Source: Desulfurococcales archaeon (GTDB lineage Archaea > Thermoproteota > Thermoprotei_A > Sulfolobales > NBVN01). Taken from it: DNA of 59,804 bases. The position numbers were made by a program, and so were the translations under genes. Below, in pieces: positions 44,226-53,685 of this stretch (its first letter is position 1; every line of letters begins with the position of its first letter). The notes below the pieces were generated by a model that saw only the letters and a program-made list of their open reading frames with translations, did no database searches and was not told the origin of the DNA. Where the stretch lies: NCBI GenBank assembly GCA_027064885.1, contig JAMOOZ010000044.1:1-59804 (forward strand). Reading direction: 5' to 3'.

Positions 44226-45863
44226 ATCCTTGAAGTCCTGTATGTTTACCTTTTTTCTTTTTCTTGACTGAATTTCCTCGGCTGTCCCTTTAGCAATTAC
44301 TTCATATAACTTAGCTTCCTTTCCCTCACCGGGCCGTAGTAACCTACCGAGTCTCTGGATGAATTGACGGCGTGATCCTGTTCCGGCTACTAGAATGCCT
44401 ACGTTAGCGTCAGGTATATCTAAGCCCTCATCCCCTACCGTAGTTACTACTAGAACCCCACTCCTGCATCTTTTGAATTCCTCTAGCACTTTCCTTCGTT
44501 CCCGCGCATCCATCTCGCCAGTAAGTAGGTATGCCTTCACCCTGTTAGCCAAGGTTTTTGCTAGATCCACGTAGTGAGCGAATATTATTATCTTGGATCC
44601 TTCAGCGAGTTCTTTCCTTATTATTTCCTCAACTTTCCTTAGTTTAGCCTCGGATTTCCGTATTATTTGGCGCATCTCAGAGTGAATACGTAGTGCTTGG
44701 ATTGCTCTAGCATCACCTCTTCTCGCTGCATCAACTATGGTGTCGAAATCAACGTAACCCGCTAGTCTCCTGAATCTCTTCTTTAGTTCCTCGTATCTTC
44801 TCTTCTCAGCAGGAAGTAACGGTACTTTAACGGTTATTATCCTGTACTTAGCTAAATAGCCCTTCTCCGCAAGTTCCTGAGGGGTCTTGTAATATACTAT
44901 ACCCCCCATTAACGGGAACAATATCGCATGTTTTCCATCCTCTCTATAAGGTGTGGCTGAGAGTCCTAACCTATATTTTGATGGCATACTCACGGCTATG
45001 TGTTTGAACTTCTCTGCTGGCAGATGATGAACTTCATCTATTATGATGTGGTTAAAGTATGGCGCAAGTTTTGCTGTATGCTTATACGCTGTTTGATATG
45101 TCGCTAGCGTTATGGGCGCGATTCTCTTTTCTTTACTGTAGTAAAGACCTATGGTATATTCCGGAATATTTGTGAATTTGAGGAATGCGTCCTTCCATTG
45201 CATTAACTGCTCTTTGGTATAGGCTATTACTAAGGTTCTTTGTTTTACCTCAGTTACTGAAGCTACACCTATTACGGTCTTTCCGGAGCCTGTGGGCAAT
45301 GCTATGACGCCCCGCCCATTATTCTTTAACCAGGACTTTATGGCGTCCTCCTGATAGTCTCTTAACTCACCGGTGAACACCGCATCAATGTTCAGAGGCA
45401 AATCGTTCTTGAAACCCGTGAGATCCTCTACGTTAAATCCTAGATCATGCAGCCTGGTCTTTAATTCATGGTACTTATATGGTAGCGTATAGAACATCTT
45501 GTCCTTTGAATTGTATCTTAGTAGATCCTTTAGTTTGTCATAGAGCCTGCCTAAGTACCGCTCAAATTTAACGTAAATTCTCTCACCATCGAAGGAAAGT
45601 ATTGCCGAACCTCTACTCGCACGGAGGTAGTCATTAAGCACGTCCTCAATTTCAGAATCATACTCAGCACCTACATCGTCTAGGATAGATAGGATCTCAT
45701 CGATCGAAAGTCCACTGGACAATACTTTATTTTTCGATAAGCGGAAATAAGAAATTCCTTTACTTCTGCCCGCATAGTCAGCTACTCGCAATATTTTCTT
45801 AAAGTCCTCGGAGTCAATCCATCCTTTAACCCGGATCTTCAATCGTTCTGCATCATTAACCAC
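44208..45863 (-). CDS. xpb: XPB/Rad25-type SF2 DNA helicase
   Basis: N-terminal damage-recognition-like domain, Walker A LPTGSGKT, DEVHH, helicase C-domain (VTTVGDEGLDIP); TATA-like cgacttatatacg about 30 nt upstream. Confidence 0.85.
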   Translation of the reverse strand: MVNDAERLKIRVKGWIDSEDFKKILRVADYAGRSKGISYFRLSKNKVLSSGLSIDEILSILDDVGAEYDSEIEDVLNDYLRASRGSAILSFDGERIYVKFERYLGRLYDKLKDLLRYNSKDKMFYTLPYKYHELKTRLHDLGFNVEDLTGFKNDLPLNIDAVFTGELRDYQEDAIKSWLKNNGRGVIALPTGSGKTVIGVASVTEVKQRTLVIAYTKEQLMQWKDAFLKFTNIPEYTIGLYYSKEKRIAPITLATYQTAYKHTAKLAPYFNHIIIDEVHHLPAEKFKHIAVSMPSKYRLGLSATPYREDGKHAILFPLMGGIVYYKTPQELAEKGYLAKYRIITVKVPLLPAEKRRYEELKKRFRRLAGYVDFDTIVDAARRGDARAIQALRIHSEMRQIIRKSEAKLRKVEEIIRKELAEGSKIIIFAHYVDLAKTLANRVKAYLLTGEMDARERRKVLEEFKRCRSGVLVVTTVGDEGLDIPDANVGILVAGTGSRRQFIQRLGRLLRPGEGKEAKLYEVIAKGTAEEIQSRKRKKVNIQDFKDLANVE

Positions 45864-45954
45864 TAAAATGCACCTCTCTGGAAGCCACGTATATAAGTCG
45901 TCATTAGCTTGTTTAGGGTTTTCCTCATCAAGCCTAAGTCAACGCTTATGGAAC

Positions 45955-46281
45955 TCACTCGTAAAATTCCACAATTACCCGAACCTTCACCGCATCGCTA
46001 CTGAATGCGGGGGGTTCCTCACCCACGTCCACTGCGAACGTAACTTCATTCCCTAAACTATCAATAAACTTAACTTCAGCAACGTAGGTCTCACCTTCAC
46101 CCTTTTCTAGTGATTTCATAAGGGCCTCATATAGCCTTGAGAAGGCTAACTGGAATGATACAGGGTTACTCAGATCCTGCGGGGTTATTTTTGCCTGTGC
46201 TAATCCCCTAGCAATACTTAAGGGCACCTTACTGATTCTCGCAACTCCGGTGAATTCTGCCTTATGAAGGCTCTCCTCCAT
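45955..46281 (-). CDS. hypothetical protein upstream of xpb
   Basis: About 108 aa from MEESLHKAEF...; same strand as xpb; no family recognised. Confidence 0.45.
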   Translation of the reverse strand: MEESLHKAEFTGVARISKVPLSIARGLAQAKITPQDLSNPVSFQLAFSRLYEALMKSLEKGEGETYVAEVKFIDSLGNEVTFAVDVGEEPPAFSSDAVKVRVIVEFYE

Positions 46282-46424
46282 TATCCTCACCTGAGTAGGT
46301 AACCAACAGAATACTAATAAGCAGTTCCCAAACACCCTCCTAGCAAACTACAACAAAACTTATAAGGCAGAGGTAAAGAATACTCTGCGAATAAAGCAAT
46401 TTAGGCAGATGAGGTGAGAGAACA

Positions 46425-46721
46425 ATGTCATCCCAAGGTCCAATCTCAAGCAATGTAGTCCTAGTAGGTAAGAAGCCCGTAATGAACTACGTACTAGCTA
46501 CCCTAACCCTGTTAAATCAGGGCGTCTCAGAGATCGTGATAAAGGCTAGGGGCAGAGCCATCAGCAAGGCTGTTGACACCGTCGAGATAGTGAGAAGCAG
46601 GTTCCTCCCCGACAAGGTGGAGATCAAGGACATCAAGGTTGGCAGCCAAGTAGTAACCACTGCCGAGGGCAGACAAACTAGGGTTTCCACCATCGAAATA
46701 GTAATTGCCAAGAAAGAGTAA
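46425..46721 (+). CDS. albA: Alba (Sso10b-type chromatin/RNA-binding protein)
   Basis: [49 protein letters not shown]...; TATA-like aaacttataagg upstream. Confidence 0.9.
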   Translation: MSSQGPISSNVVLVGKKPVMNYVLATLTLLNQGVSEIVIKARGRAISKAVDTVEIVRSRFLPDKVEIKDIKVGSQVVTTAEGRQTRVSTIEIVIAKKE

Positions 46722-46758
46722 GCAACGGGCTTTAAGTGAAATTAAAGACTCTCAGCGC

Positions 46759-46764
46759 TTTTTT
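46759..46764 (+). terminator. T-run (TTTTTT) downstream of albA
   Basis: gcgcTTTTTTcc 38 nt after the stop; archaeal terminators are oligo-T tracts. Confidence 0.35.
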
Positions 46765-46883
46765 CCTGGCTATTCAATAAAGAGGCTGGCTTGAGGCCAT
46801 AGTCCTACAGAAAACAGAAAAATGCGTTAATAGCTTCCTCATATACTATATCTTCGGTTGAAATCGTGGGGAAACTGCTTCAA

Positions 46884-47570
46884 ATGCTTGAACAATATGA
46901 GCATCCCTTACTGCAGGTGGCATTAGACTTCACAGACATTGAAGAAGCCATACGTGTAATGTCTACTCTGAGAGACCTCCCAATACCAATAGTAGAGGTT
47001 GGAACACCTTTAATTAAGGCTGAAGGTATAAGATCCGTGGGCATAATTAAGGCACTAGCAAGGGCCGATGCCCTAATCCTTGCAGACATGAAAACAGCTG
47101 ACGTAGGTGCCCTTGAAACCAGCATGGCGGCTCGCCACGGCGCAGATATTGTGACTGTTCTCGCATCAAGCGACGACGCTGTTATAGAAGCCGCAGTTAC
47201 TGAGGGTAAGAAACTGAACGTTGACATCATTGCTGACACCATAGGTTTACAACCCGATGTAATTCCTCGGCGCGTTAGAGAATTATATAATCTTGGAGTT
47301 AACATAATTAATATCCATTCAGGAATCGATGTTCAACGAAAACTCGGTATTAAGGGCACATCATTCCGGGCTCTTGCTTGCAGGATAAAGAATGACCTAA
47401 GCAACGTGATCATCTCCGTTAGCGGGGGGATAAAACCTGAGGACATTAAGGAATTCACTGAAGCCTGTGTTGATATTGTTGTCATAGGTTCCGCCATTAC
47501 GAAAGCGCCTGATCCGCATGGAGCAGCAACATATGCACTCGACGCGTTATCGCGTATAATACGGAAGTAA
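46884..47570 (+). CDS. hps: 3-hexulose-6-phosphate synthase-like protein (OMP decarboxylase superfamily)
   Basis: LLQVALDF...IVEVGTPLIKAEG...ILADMKTADVGALE...GADIVTV; a start at GTG 46866 is also possible. Confidence 0.75.
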   Translation: MLEQYEHPLLQVALDFTDIEEAIRVMSTLRDLPIPIVEVGTPLIKAEGIRSVGIIKALARADALILADMKTADVGALETSMAARHGADIVTVLASSDDAVIEAAVTEGKKLNVDIIADTIGLQPDVIPRRVRELYNLGVNIINIHSGIDVQRKLGIKGTSFRALACRIKNDLSNVIISVSGGIKPEDIKEFTEACVDIVVIGSAITKAPDPHGAATYALDALSRIIRK

Positions 47571-47581
47571 CGCGCTCTACG

Positions 47582-47587
47582 TTTTTT
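47582..47587 (+). terminator. T-run (TTTTTT) downstream of hps
   Basis: acgTTTTTTaagg 12 nt after the stop. Confidence 0.35.
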
Positions 47588-47640
47588 AAGGTTTGAAATA
47601 CCCTACCTACATTCGTGGGTGACGATACACGTTAGAGATA

Positions 47641-47970
47641 ATGTTGTTCATAGCGACAATTACGTTGATTATCCTAGCCGTAACTGGCTATGACCAATAC
47701 ATAGCGACACGTATAAGAGCTAAAGTATTAGCTTCATCAAGCCATACTTTTCGTCCGGGATCAAGTGACTCTCTAGCTGAGGTGGACCCTCATACGAGGA
47801 TGAGGGTAAAAAAGGTTAAGGCCGTTAAGGTTGGAAGTTATTTAGTCATTACGTTAGTCATAAGTGAAAATAGCTCTAGCGGAGATAAGGTTGAGATAGA
47901 TGACCCTTCATTACTAATACCGCTAGTTAGCGTCCTGGATGATGAAGAGGGTGCGGAAGCTATTTCATAA
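47641..47970 (+). CDS. hypothetical protein with an N-terminal TM anchor
   Basis: MLFIATITLIILAVTGY hydrophobic start; 109 aa; convergent 11-nt overlap with the TIP49 gene. Confidence 0.4.
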   Translation: MLFIATITLIILAVTGYDQYIATRIRAKVLASSSHTFRPGSSDSLAEVDPHTRMRVKKVKAVKVGSYLVITLVISENSSSGDKVEIDDPSLLIPLVSVLDDEEGAEAIS

Positions 47971-49324
47971 AAAGACCCTCGTATTCCTTTATGAGCGACA
48001 CGCTTGTCTTGGTATCAGCAAAGAGGTGCACTACTTCATTGACATCCTCCACAAGTACCTTTGAATGCCCATTCCTGCCGGCAACTATCGCTGCAGGCCT
48101 GAGAAGCTGCACTGCATACCTTAAGCTCCTCTCAGCACCTATATCAGCAAGCTTCTCAAGTGCCTCACTGCTTAACTCGACTCCTTCCTCGTCAGCTCTT
48201 ATCTCTATTATCTTACGTATCTCGTCCCTCGTATAAGGCCTTACGGGAATCAGTAGTAACCTGTCAAGAAGGTCTAACGGTATGCCGTGAGGCGAGTCTA
48301 TGTCTGTACCCCGGATCTTCGTTATGCCCCTGTTTGTTGCTAGTATAAGTATCGGTGAGAACTCTGACTCCAGCACTCTCGTTAGGAATGCGAATGCTTC
48401 AAGATCCAGTAGGTGTGCGTCATCTATAAAAAGCACGCCAGGCACAATTTCTGCTTTACCTTCCTCAATCCATTTGCGGATCTGATTATTGACGGACTTC
48501 CTCACCTCCTCGTCTATCTCTTTTTCCAGTTCTATGCCAAATAACCCTGTAAGTGATAGCCTTTGGCTGGCGGCATACACGTCTAGGTCGTTTAGAGTGA
48601 ATACCCTCACTATTTCCTTCTCCCGCTTAACAGGGCCACTAGGCATTTCCTCCTCCAGTTTCCATGGTTCAACGTCATAGTACTTGGCCTTCTCAATACC
48701 GCGAACCCTGCCTACCTTGTGGATCATCCCTGTCTCGGCGTCAATCCATATGTGGTCTCCACGCTTCACACGTAATTGAACTAATTGTGCAGTGACTTCC
48801 TCACCAACGTTTAGTGTGAGTTCGTCATGTTTTGTCGCTAGGGTTATTCGTGCTTCACGCGGTACCTTTACGTAGGGGTTAAAGGGATGTCTCGCGTAGG
48901 CTATTTTTATGCTTTTCACTACGCCTTCGTATACTTTCCGGATTTCCTTTATCTTAACACCCATGGCTTTCCGAACAGCTCTCATTAATATTTCAGTTTT
49001 CTTGACCTCAGTAGAATATATTTCACCGCCGCTTAGGGCAACAAAAGGCGTGTCCTCCCCTAACTCCCGGGCTATAGCTACTGCCAAGGCAGTTTTGCCT
49101 GTCCCTGGCGGACCCACGAATAGTATGCCCTTTCCGGTCATTTTGCCTTGCCTTATCATCTCGACAACTATGCCCGCCGCTTTCCTAGCTTCCAGTTGAC
49201 CCACTAGCCCGTCAGCCACAGGTTTCGGGTTACCGCTTTCATCAAGCCCTAACCCACGTATGTGACTGTGTATGCTTATACCGTATTCACTTCGACTTAC
49301 CTTTATCTCCTTTATTTCCGCCAT
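47960..49324 (-). CDS. TIP49 / RuvB-like AAA+ ATPase
   Basis: HSHIRGLGLD, GILFVGPPGTGKTALA, inserted OB-like domain II, VLFIDDAHLLD, ATNRG; start set to MAEIKEIK. Confidence 0.9.
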   Translation of the reverse strand: MAEIKEIKVSRSEYGISIHSHIRGLGLDESGNPKPVADGLVGQLEARKAAGIVVEMIRQGKMTGKGILFVGPPGTGKTALAVAIARELGEDTPFVALSGGEIYSTEVKKTEILMRAVRKAMGVKIKEIRKVYEGVVKSIKIAYARHPFNPYVKVPREARITLATKHDELTLNVGEEVTAQLVQLRVKRGDHIWIDAETGMIHKVGRVRGIEKAKYYDVEPWKLEEEMPSGPVKREKEIVRVFTLNDLDVYAASQRLSLTGLFGIELEKEIDEEVRKSVNNQIRKWIEEGKAEIVPGVLFIDDAHLLDLEAFAFLTRVLESEFSPILILATNRGITKIRGTDIDSPHGIPLDLLDRLLLIPVRPYTRDEIRKIIEIRADEEGVELSSEALEKLADIGAERSLRYAVQLLRPAAIVAGRNGHSKVLVEDVNEVVHLFADTKTSVSLIKEYEGLFMK

Positions 49325-49432
49325 CAACATCACCCAAAATTTATGAGATAAAGTCACAAGATTTAATTTTTGCCTAATTAAAACATAGAGAACGCTTAAT
49401 TTTCCTAGGGGTCAAATAACAACGGTGATAGA

Positions 49433-49915
49433 TTGTCGCAGAAGGGTTCTGGAGGAAGCAAGGAACTACGAATAGTAACTAAGCCCGTCGTAACGATAGA
49501 GGTGGTTAAGAAGGACCCTAAGAAATTAAGGATCCTGTACACTATCTATGTTATGAAGGAAATCTCGGAGCGTTCCCTAACGAATCTCATATACATGCTA
49601 AAGAACGAGAAGAACGTCGATATGGGATACGAGTTCATAATGATAGGGAATACTCCCAGCAGCAGAACGCTGGCAGAGGACATCAGGATACTGCTGTACT
49701 TAGGGTTGCTTGAGACAGACCCTGTAACACGTAGGTTAAGATTAACGTCAACAGGTGAAGAGTTCTTAGAGCAGAACAAACTACCTGAGAATGAGGCAGA
49801 ATCCCTAATGAAGGCAGTTGAAGAACTGAAACCTAAGATTGAAGCAGAAGAGACAACCACCGAGCTACTGTTACGGGGCTTAAGGCGTAGGCGGCGCAGG
49901 AGATTTAGGAGATAA
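49433..49915 (+). CDS. hypothetical protein, possible wHTH, poly-Arg C-terminus
   Basis: 160 aa ending RGLRRRRRRRFRR; the central segment LAEDIRILLYLGLLETDPVTRRLRLTSTGEEFL looks like a winged helix; divergent from the TIP49 gene. Confidence 0.5.
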   Translation: MSQKGSGGSKELRIVTKPVVTIEVVKKDPKKLRILYTIYVMKEISERSLTNLIYMLKNEKNVDMGYEFIMIGNTPSSRTLAEDIRILLYLGLLETDPVTRRLRLTSTGEEFLEQNKLPENEAESLMKAVEELKPKIEAEETTTELLLRGLRRRRRRRFRR

Positions 49916-50288
49916 TGCTTCTTAGTTCTGCCGGCAGCTTTTCACGATACTTTCTAAGGAATTCCTCTTCCTTTTCCCTAACCTTAGGATGCTTGCGCTT
50001 GCTATCAGGGTACATCAACGGTATGCCGTTAATTATCGGGTACCACCTACCACACTTAGGACAAATTAGAACGCCCGCCACCACGTCATGCTTCACGCAT
50101 TCCTTACAGTCTAGCTCCTCCGGCTTGAGTTCACTCACGCTCTTCCCTCTCCTGCCGCAATAAATGTCACAGAAGGGTACGCTAACCTCGTATTCCTTCT
50201 TGAATATCCTCTCTTCGAACACGTAAAGTTTAAGAGGGAAGTGCTTGCACATAGGGCAAGCAATTAAGTTCATTAACGCGTACCTCAT
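49905..50288 (-). CDS. Trm112-like zinc-ribbon protein
   Basis: LIACPMCK...PL...(insert)...CKEC...VLICPKCGRWYPIINGIPLM matches the Trm112/UPF0434 pattern. Confidence 0.6.
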   Translation of the reverse strand: MRYALMNLIACPMCKHFPLKLYVFEERIFKKEYEVSVPFCDIYCGRRGKSVSELKPEELDCKECVKHDVVAGVLICPKCGRWYPIINGIPLMYPDSKRKHPKVREKEEEFLRKYREKLPAELRSIIS

Positions 50289-51706
50289 CCTTCCACTACC
50301 TCCTTTACTATGCTGAGTATATCATTAAGTAATTTCTCTGCTTTATCCTTTGATCTGCACTCAACGAATATCCTTAACACGGGTTCAGTCCCAGAGGGCC
50401 TCACAAGGAACCAGAAGTCCTCGCCGATCCCTTTAACGCCGTCTATGTCTATAATTCTTATGTTGCTATACCTTCTCTTTATTTCCCCAATTATCTCTAC
50501 GGCTTTACTTCTGTCGCTTAGCGGAACCTTAGTCTTAATTAGGTGTGTACTAGGCAACTCTTTAATGACATCACTTAACTTCTTACCCTCGTAGGATAAA
50601 TACTCAAGCATTAAAGCCAGCGTCATTCCCCCGTCCCTCACGTATTGATGGGGCGGGTACATGAAGCCTCCGTTCTCCTCGAACCCTGCCAGAGCACCTA
50701 TTTTCATCATAGTTCTCGCTATACCCACGCTACCAACTTTAGTCCAGTACACCTCAACTCCTAGATCCTTAAGTATATCCTCAACTATAGTTGATGAGGA
50801 AACCGCTGTCACGACTCTTCTAGGCGCATTGTCCCTCCTATTCACCACTATATGCCAGCACAGCAGAGCTGCACTCCTATCCCCGGGGATCACGCGACCT
50901 GTGTCATCGATGAATATTGCTCTGTCCGCGTCGCCATCATGGGCTACCCCGAAGTCAGCTCCGATGGCCCGGACAATTTCTGAAGTAGCGGTCAAGTTCT
51001 CGGGCACGGGTTCAGGGTCCCTATATGGTATTGGTGAGAGGTGCGCATTAACGCTGAGAACCTTGACCCCTAAGCGTCTAAGTATTCTGGGGGTTGTTAA
51101 TGCACCTACATTGTTAGCACAGTCAGCAATGACACGGAATTTCTTTTTCCGAATTCGTTCTGAGTCTACTTTCTTCACTATTCCCTCGACGTAATATTCC
51201 ACGGAATCACTTAATTTGAAGTATTGGTCTTTGAAGGTGTGCCAAGGAATCCTTCTGTACCTACCACTAAAGAAAGCTTCCTCTATACGTTCCTCAACGT
51301 CACGGGGGGCCTCTACTCCATCAGCCATTATCACTTTTATGCCACTATATTGGGGAGGATTGTGCGAGGCAGTAACCATCACACCGCCGTCAAATCCGCG
51401 TTCCTTAACATTGAACTGGAGCGCGGGCGTTGGTAACGCTCCAGCGTAATAGACCTTAAGCCCGGAAGCTATTAATGCTCCAGTCACGACCTTCACTATA
51501 TATTCGTTTCCGGCTCTAGCATCATTCCCCACTAAGACTCTACTACCTGGAGGGAAGTATTCCCCTATTGCTAAGGCTAAACGCAGTATGAAGTCAGGTG
51601 TTAGCGTCTCGTTAACAATTCCCCTCACACCGTCGGTCCCAAACAGTCTGTTATGCATGATCACCACATCATTATCATCGGGGTCATAAACTAAAAACTG
51701 TTTCAC
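50285..51706 (-). CDS. phosphoglucosamine/phosphomanno/phosphogluco-mutase (alpha-D-phosphohexomutase family)
   Basis: GVMVTASHNPPQYSGIK active-site loop, GVAHDGDADR metal loop, EENGG sugar loop. Confidence 0.88.
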   Translation of the reverse strand: MKQFLVYDPDDNDVVIMHNRLFGTDGVRGIVNETLTPDFILRLALAIGEYFPPGSRVLVGNDARAGNEYIVKVVTGALIASGLKVYYAGALPTPALQFNVKERGFDGGVMVTASHNPPQYSGIKVIMADGVEAPRDVEERIEEAFFSGRYRRIPWHTFKDQYFKLSDSVEYYVEGIVKKVDSERIRKKKFRVIADCANNVGALTTPRILRRLGVKVLSVNAHLSPIPYRDPEPVPENLTATSEIVRAIGADFGVAHDGDADRAIFIDDTGRVIPGDRSAALLCWHIVVNRRDNAPRRVVTAVSSSTIVEDILKDLGVEVYWTKVGSVGIARTMMKIGALAGFEENGGFMYPPHQYVRDGGMTLALMLEYLSYEGKKLSDVIKELPSTHLIKTKVPLSDRSKAVEIIGEIKRRYSNIRIIDIDGVKGIGEDFWFLVRPSGTEPVLRIFVECRSKDKAEKLLNDILSIVKEVVEG

Positions 51707-51730
51707 GGCATTTCCTTTAGGGCTTAGGAT

Positions 51731-52804
51731 TTGAGTACCGTCGTGTGGTTGGATGCGCTGACCTCAAAGCAAGGTACTCTGCTCGGATTCATAGCCATGG
51801 AGTTAGAGAAGGCAGGATTCAGTACATTAGTTACCTGTAGGGAATACGAATACACCGTAGGCTCGCTAAAACGCTTAGGGATAAATCCCATCGTTGTGGG
51901 GAGGTACTCCGAGGGAGATCCTTATGACAAGGTTCTAGCAGACACTGAGCGGATATTGAAGCTCATACCTATCGTAAAGGAGAAGCATCCTGCTGCCCTA
52001 GTAGCGTACCCTAATCCCTCAGCTGCTCGGCTTGCCTACGGTGTAGGTATCCCATACGTAGGTATAACGGATTCCCCACATGCAGAGGTACCGAGCCGCT
52101 TATCACTACCACTGGCGTCAGTCATTCTATGCTCTAAAGCCATAAACCCGGGCGATGTAAGAAGATACATGTTTCACAGTAATGTCAAGCTAATTCAGTA
52201 CGAGGCCGTTGATGAGCTCTTTTGGATTCTTCGCAGTAGACCAAGTGTGAGTTACATTAAGTCTCTGAACCTTGATCGTGGAAAATATGTCGTTCTGAGA
52301 CCTCACGAGGAGAAAGCAACATACTATCGAGGACTCAATGTAGAAATAGACCTCATTGAATTAGCGCTAACGTTGAAAAGGGAAGGATATACTATAGTAT
52401 TACTTCCTAGGTACCGTAGCCACCTCAAGCTAATCAGAGAGCTAGGTTCCCTGGGAGTAGAGCCTAGGATTATTCGGGGAGGATACGATGGTGTGAGCCT
52501 TACATATTACGCAGCTGCCGTCATAACAGGCGGTGCATCCATGGCTAGGGAAGCTGCGTTACTCCTAACCCCTGGCTTAACATACTACCCCGGAAGACTA
52601 GCAATAAATGAGTACGTGCGGTCTAAGGGATACCCGTTATTTAACGTTACTACTAACGATGAGGTGTTTGAAATAATAAGTGAGCACACAAAGAGCACTA
52701 AGCCCTCGTATGATGATATAATAAGCAAGCTAACTAAAGACTTTGAAGATCCCATGAAGAAGCTTCTACAAACTATAACGGAGATTACGGGGTATACTAG
52801 ATGA
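51731..52804 (+). CDS. DUF354 family protein (GT-B-like fold, unknown function)
   Basis: VVWLDALTSKQGTLLGFIAMELEKAGFSTLVTCREYEYTVGSLKRLGINPIVVG resembles the DUF354 N-terminus; TTG start in the ORF track. Confidence 0.55.
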   Translation: MSTVVWLDALTSKQGTLLGFIAMELEKAGFSTLVTCREYEYTVGSLKRLGINPIVVGRYSEGDPYDKVLADTERILKLIPIVKEKHPAALVAYPNPSAARLAYGVGIPYVGITDSPHAEVPSRLSLPLASVILCSKAINPGDVRRYMFHSNVKLIQYEAVDELFWILRSRPSVSYIKSLNLDRGKYVVLRPHEEKATYYRGLNVEIDLIELALTLKREGYTIVLLPRYRSHLKLIRELGSLGVEPRIIRGGYDGVSLTYYAAAVITGGASMAREAALLLTPGLTYYPGRLAINEYVRSKGYPLFNVTTNDEVFEIISEHTKSTKPSYDDIISKLTKDFEDPMKKLLQTITEITGYTR

Positions 52805-52836
52805 GAGTTTTCATTAATTGCTGGTACCGGAGCATA

Positions 52837-53685
52837 ATGAATCATAGTTTCGTGGAGAGCCTAGCGAAGATTAACGTAGACGGTATTGAATTAAGTATAG
52901 ACTATCCACTACTCTTTACTCAGGAGATACCTGACGCATTCATTGACGCTATACGTAAGGAGGGGCTGGAAGTAGGTTTACACTTGCCGTGGAGAGAGAC
53001 ATTCCTAGCTTCCCCCATTCCAGAGATCAGGAGGTTGTCCGAGAGAATAGTATCAGGTATAGTAACGTCCGTGACCAGTAAGTTAGACCCTCTCTACTTC
53101 GTCGTGCATTTATCCACTAACCAGTCCTGGTGTGGACCTAAGGACCAGCTCTGCCTTGAAGCTGCGAGTAAATCACTGGAGTCTCTCTCACAACTTTCTG
53201 ATGAGTTAGGAATACCATTACTTATTGAGACTGTAATGGACCGGTGTTGCTCTAATGAAGAACACCTACCTCACTTACTTATGCATGCTGACCCCGGAAA
53301 AATAGGTGTGTGCCTCGATATTTCACACATAATTGAGCGTAGGGTTAAGCGATGGAAAACACTTCATAACCCTTTAACCGTAGTTAATGATTTACCTCCA
53401 ATAATGTTAGAACGTACTAAGGCGGTACACATCCACGGTGTTCACGTACTAGGACCCCACGCAGTCCTAACTCATGTTGTTCCTTCCGAGGAATTCCTTA
53501 GAGAACTAATGCAGGCAATACAGTCATACGTTCCTCACGCAAGAGTGGGTGTGTTGGAAATATTTAGGGACATTACGGGGAGAGATATTAACATACGTGA
53601 ACTGAGGTGGGTAGTAAGTTATGTGAGGAGAGGCGACCCGGATGAGAGGAGAAGGTTCAAGAACCGTAGTTCTAGGGATAGATGA
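52837..53685 (+). CDS. xylose-isomerase-like TIM-barrel (sugar phosphate isomerase/epimerase/AP-endonuclease 2 superfamily) protein
   Basis: Pattern GIELS...GLEVGLHLPW...VVHLS...LLIET...CLDISH...HIHG typical of the fold; specific activity unknown. Confidence 0.5.
   Translation: MNHSFVESLAKINVDGIELSIDYPLLFTQEIPDAFIDAIRKEGLEVGLHLPWRETFLASPIPEIRRLSERIVSGIVTSVTSKLDPLYFVVHLSTNQSWCGPKDQLCLEAASKSLESLSQLSDELGIPLLIETVMDRCCSNEEHLPHLLMHADPGKIGVCLDISHIIERRVKRWKTLHNPLTVVNDLPPIMLERTKAVHIHGVHVLGPHAVLTHVVPSEEFLRELMQAIQSYVPHARVGVLEIFRDITGRDINIRELRWVVSYVRRGDPDERRRFKNRSSRDR

Noticed and set aside
46880-47305. 141-aa minus-strand ORF inside the hps-like gene
   Set aside because: Antisense shadow. The plus-strand frame has clear HPS/OMPDC-family motifs.
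50661-51194. 177-aa plus-strand ORF inside the phosphohexomutase gene
   Set aside because: Antisense shadow with low-complexity composition.
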